Origin: Macrostomum lignano
Taxonomy: Eukaryota
Assembly (NCBI GenBank): GCA_002269645.1
Contig: NIVC01000283.1
Location: 434,001 to 498,000, forward strand
Direction: 5' to 3'
Length of the DNA: 64,000 bases
Of this stretch, positions 60,901 through 64,000 are shown piece by piece. The notes under the pieces are model-generated. The model was not told the DNA's origin, ran no database searches, and worked only from the letters and a program-made list of their open reading frames with translations. Numbering within the stretch: position 1 is the first letter of the stretch; each line of letters starts with the position of its first letter. The position numbers and the translations under genes are program-made.

Positions 60901-63460
60901 GAGCCACCATGTCAAACATTTAAGAGCCACCATGTCAAACATATACATGACTCTATGTCAAACGTTAAAGAGACACCATGTCAAACATTACAGAGCCACC
61001 ATGTCAAACATTTAAGAGCCACCATGTCGAAACATTAAAGAGCCACCATTTCAAACATTAAAGAGCCACCATGTCGAACATAAAAGGGCCACCATGTCAA
61101 ATATTAAAGAGCCACCATGTCAAACATTTAAGAGCCACCATGTCAAACATATACATGACTCTATGTCAAACGTTAAAGAGACACCATGTCAAACATTACA
61201 GAGCCACCATGTCAAACATTTAAGAGCCACCATGTCGAAACATTAAAGAGCCACCATTTCAAACATTAAAGAGCCACAATGTCAAACATTAAAGAGCCAC
61301 CATGTCGAACATAAAAGAGCCACCATATCAAACATACAAGAGTTACCATTTCAAACCTAAAAGAGCCACCATGTCGAACATTAAAAAGCCACCATGTCAA
61401 ACATTAAAGAGCCACAATGGCAAACATTAAAGAGACACCATTTCAAACCTAAAAGAGTTACCATGTCAAACATTAAAGAGCCGCCAGGTCAAACATAAAA
61501 CAGACACCATTAAGAACATTAAAGAGCCACCATGTCGAACATTAAAGAGCCACCATGTCAAACATAAAACAGCCACCATTTCGAAAATTAAAGAGCCACC
61601 ATTTTAAACATTAAAGAGCCACCTTGTCAAATATTAAAGAGCCACAATGTCAAACATTAAAGAGCCACCTTATCAAACATTAAAGAGCCACCATGTCAAA
61701 CATTAAAGAGCCACCATGTAAAACATTAAAGAGCCACCATGTCGAACATAAAAGAGGTACCATGTCAAACATTAAAGACCCACCAGGTCAAACATGAAAG
61801 TGCCACCATGTCAAATATTAAAAAGCCACCATGTCAAACATTAAAGAGCCACCAGGTCAAACATGAAAGTGCCACCAGGTCAAACATATACATGACTCCA
61901 TGTCAAACATTAAAGAGCCACCATGTCGAACATAAAAGGGCCACCATGTCAAATATTAAAGAGCCACCATGTCAAACATTAAAGAGCCACCAGGTCAAAC
62001 ATGAAAGTGCCACCATGTAAAACATTAAAGAGCCACCATGTCAAACATTAAAGAGCCACCAGGTCAAACATATACATGACTCCATGTCAAACATTAAAGA
62101 GCCACCATGTCGAACATAAAAGGGCCACCATGTCAAATATTAAAGAGCCACCATGTCAAACATTAAAGAGCCACCAGGTCAAACATGAAAGTGCCACCAT
62201 GTAAAACATTAAAGAGCCACCATGTCGAACATTTAAGAAGCACCATGTCAAACATAAAATAGCCACCATGTGAAACATATAGGTGACTCCATGTAAAACA
62301 TTAAAGAGCTACCATACCAGACATATACATGACTCCATGTCAAACATATACGTGACTCCATGTTAGACATTTAAGAGCCACCATGTCGAACATTAAAGAG
62401 CCAACGTGTTAAAAATACAAGAGCCACCAGGTCAAACATATATATGACTCCATGTCAAACATTAAAGAGCCACCATGTCGAACATAAAAGGGCCACCATG
62501 TCAAATATTAAAGAGCCACCATGTCAAACATTTAAGAGCCACCATGTCAAACATATACATGACTCTATGTCAAACGTTAAAGAGACACCATGTCAAACAT
62601 TACAGAGCCACCATGTCAAACATTTAAGAGCCACCAGGTCAAACATGAAAGTGCCACCATGTAAAACATTAAAGAGCCACCATGTCAAACATATACGTAA
62701 CTCCATGTCAAACATTGAAGAGACCCCATGTCAAACATTAAAGAGCCACCACGTCGAACATAAAAGAGCCACCATGTAAAACATATACGTAACTCCATGT
62801 CAAACATTGAAGCGACACCATGTCGAACATAAAAGAGCCACCATGTCGAACATTAAAGAGCCACCATGTCGAACATAAAAGAGCTACCATGTCAAACATT
62901 AAAGAGCCACCATGTTAAACATAAAAGAGCCATCATGTCAAACATATAAGTGACTTTATGTCGAACATTAAAGAGCCACCATGTCTAACATTAAAGAGCC
63001 ACCATGTCCAACATTAAAGAGCCACCATGTCAAAAATTAAAGAGCCACCATGTCTATCATTAAAGAGCCATCATGTCAAACATTAAAGAGCTACTTTGTC
63101 TAACATTAAAGAGCCACCATGTCAAACATTAAAGAGCTACTTTGTCTAACATTAAAGAGCCACCATGTCAAACATTAAAGAGCCACCATGTCAAACATTA
63201 AAGAGCCACCATGTCAAACATAAAAGAGCCACCTTTTTGAACATTAAAAAGCCACTTTGTAAAACATAGAAGAGCCCCCATGTCAAACATAGAAGAGCCC
63301 CCATGTCAAACATAGAAGAGCCCCCATGTCAAACATAGAAGAGCCCCCATGTCAAACATAGAAGAGCCACTATGTCAGACATTGAAAAGCCACCGTATCA
63401 AACATAAAAGAGTTACCATGTACGAGCGTAGAACATAAAAGAGCCACCCTGTTAAACATA
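57988..63460. repeat. 23-bp satellite with 1612-bp higher-order repeat (~2.9 copies, 58009-62634)
   Basis: Monomer tgtcaaacattaaagagccacca. Identical landmarks at 58009/59621/61233, 58515/60127/61739 and 59220/60832/62444. Confidence 0.97.
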
Positions 63461-63554
63461 AAAAGATACACAATTTCAAACGTAAAAGTAAGCGAATTTT
63501 AAAGGAGCCGCTATAATGCTAAGGAAATTGTCGCACTAGCTACTTATTGTCTGG

Positions 63555-63985
63555 TGGATGCTTGCTATTTGGGGATGCTATCTATCTTGGGGATGCTTGC
63601 TATCTGGGGGATGCTTGCTATCTGGGGGATGCTTGCTATCTGGGGGATGCTTGCTATCTGGGGGATGCTTGCTATCTGGGGGATGCTTGCTATCTGGGGG
63701 ATGCTTGCTATCTGGGGGATGCTTGCTATCTGGGGGATGCTTGCTATCTGGGGGATGCTTGCTTTCTGGGGGATGCTTGCTATCTGGGGGATGCTTGCTA
63801 TCTGGGGGATGCTTGCTATCTGGGGGATGCTTGCTATCTGAGGGATGCTTGCTATCTTGGGGATGCTTGCTATCTGGGGATGCTTGCAATCTGGGGGATG
63901 CTTGCTATCTGGGGGATGCTTGCCATCTTGGGGATGCTTGCTATCTAGGGGATGCTTGCTATCTGGGGGATGCTTGCAGTCTTGG
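63555..63985. repeat. 18-bp minisatellite
   Basis: Tandem gggggatgcttgctatct. Confidence 0.96.
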
Positions 63986-64000
63986 GATGATTTCTTTTTG

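Noticed and set aside
58515-63948. repeated ORFs in the 23-bp and 18-bp satellites
   Set aside because: Repeat artefacts; useful only as markers of the 1612-bp period.

Overview
Metazoan genomic DNA with spliced genes and no prokaryotic features. The short introns, minisatellite-filled large introns and Ala/Gln-rich exons suggest an invertebrate such as a free-living flatworm, but that is inference only. Two intact host genes lie on the + strand: a 2-exon RWDD1/DFRP2 homologue (6092-7649) and a 9-exon beta-1,3-glucosyltransferase B3GLCT homologue (9049-15569, ending RDEL). Almost all the rest is nested transposon material. There are three ~1.73-1.76 kb long-TIR mariner elements (one with an intact DD34D ORF) and three related CACTA/EnSpm elements, each with a spliced BEN-like gene upstream of the transposase; one is inserted with a TA duplication into another. 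Also present are a second EnSpm lineage followed by a CIDE-N gene, two convergent Crypton-type tyrosine recombinase pseudogenes, LTR/PBS remnants, MITEs carrying minisatellites, and a 23-bp satellite with a 1612-bp higher-order repeat. The most notable signals are the conserved BEN-gene/transposase cassette, an inverted duplication of flanking DNA around the intact mariner, and a recurrent CpA-to-TpA (RIP-like) mutation pattern. All domain assignments come from motif recognition by eye; no database searches were run.
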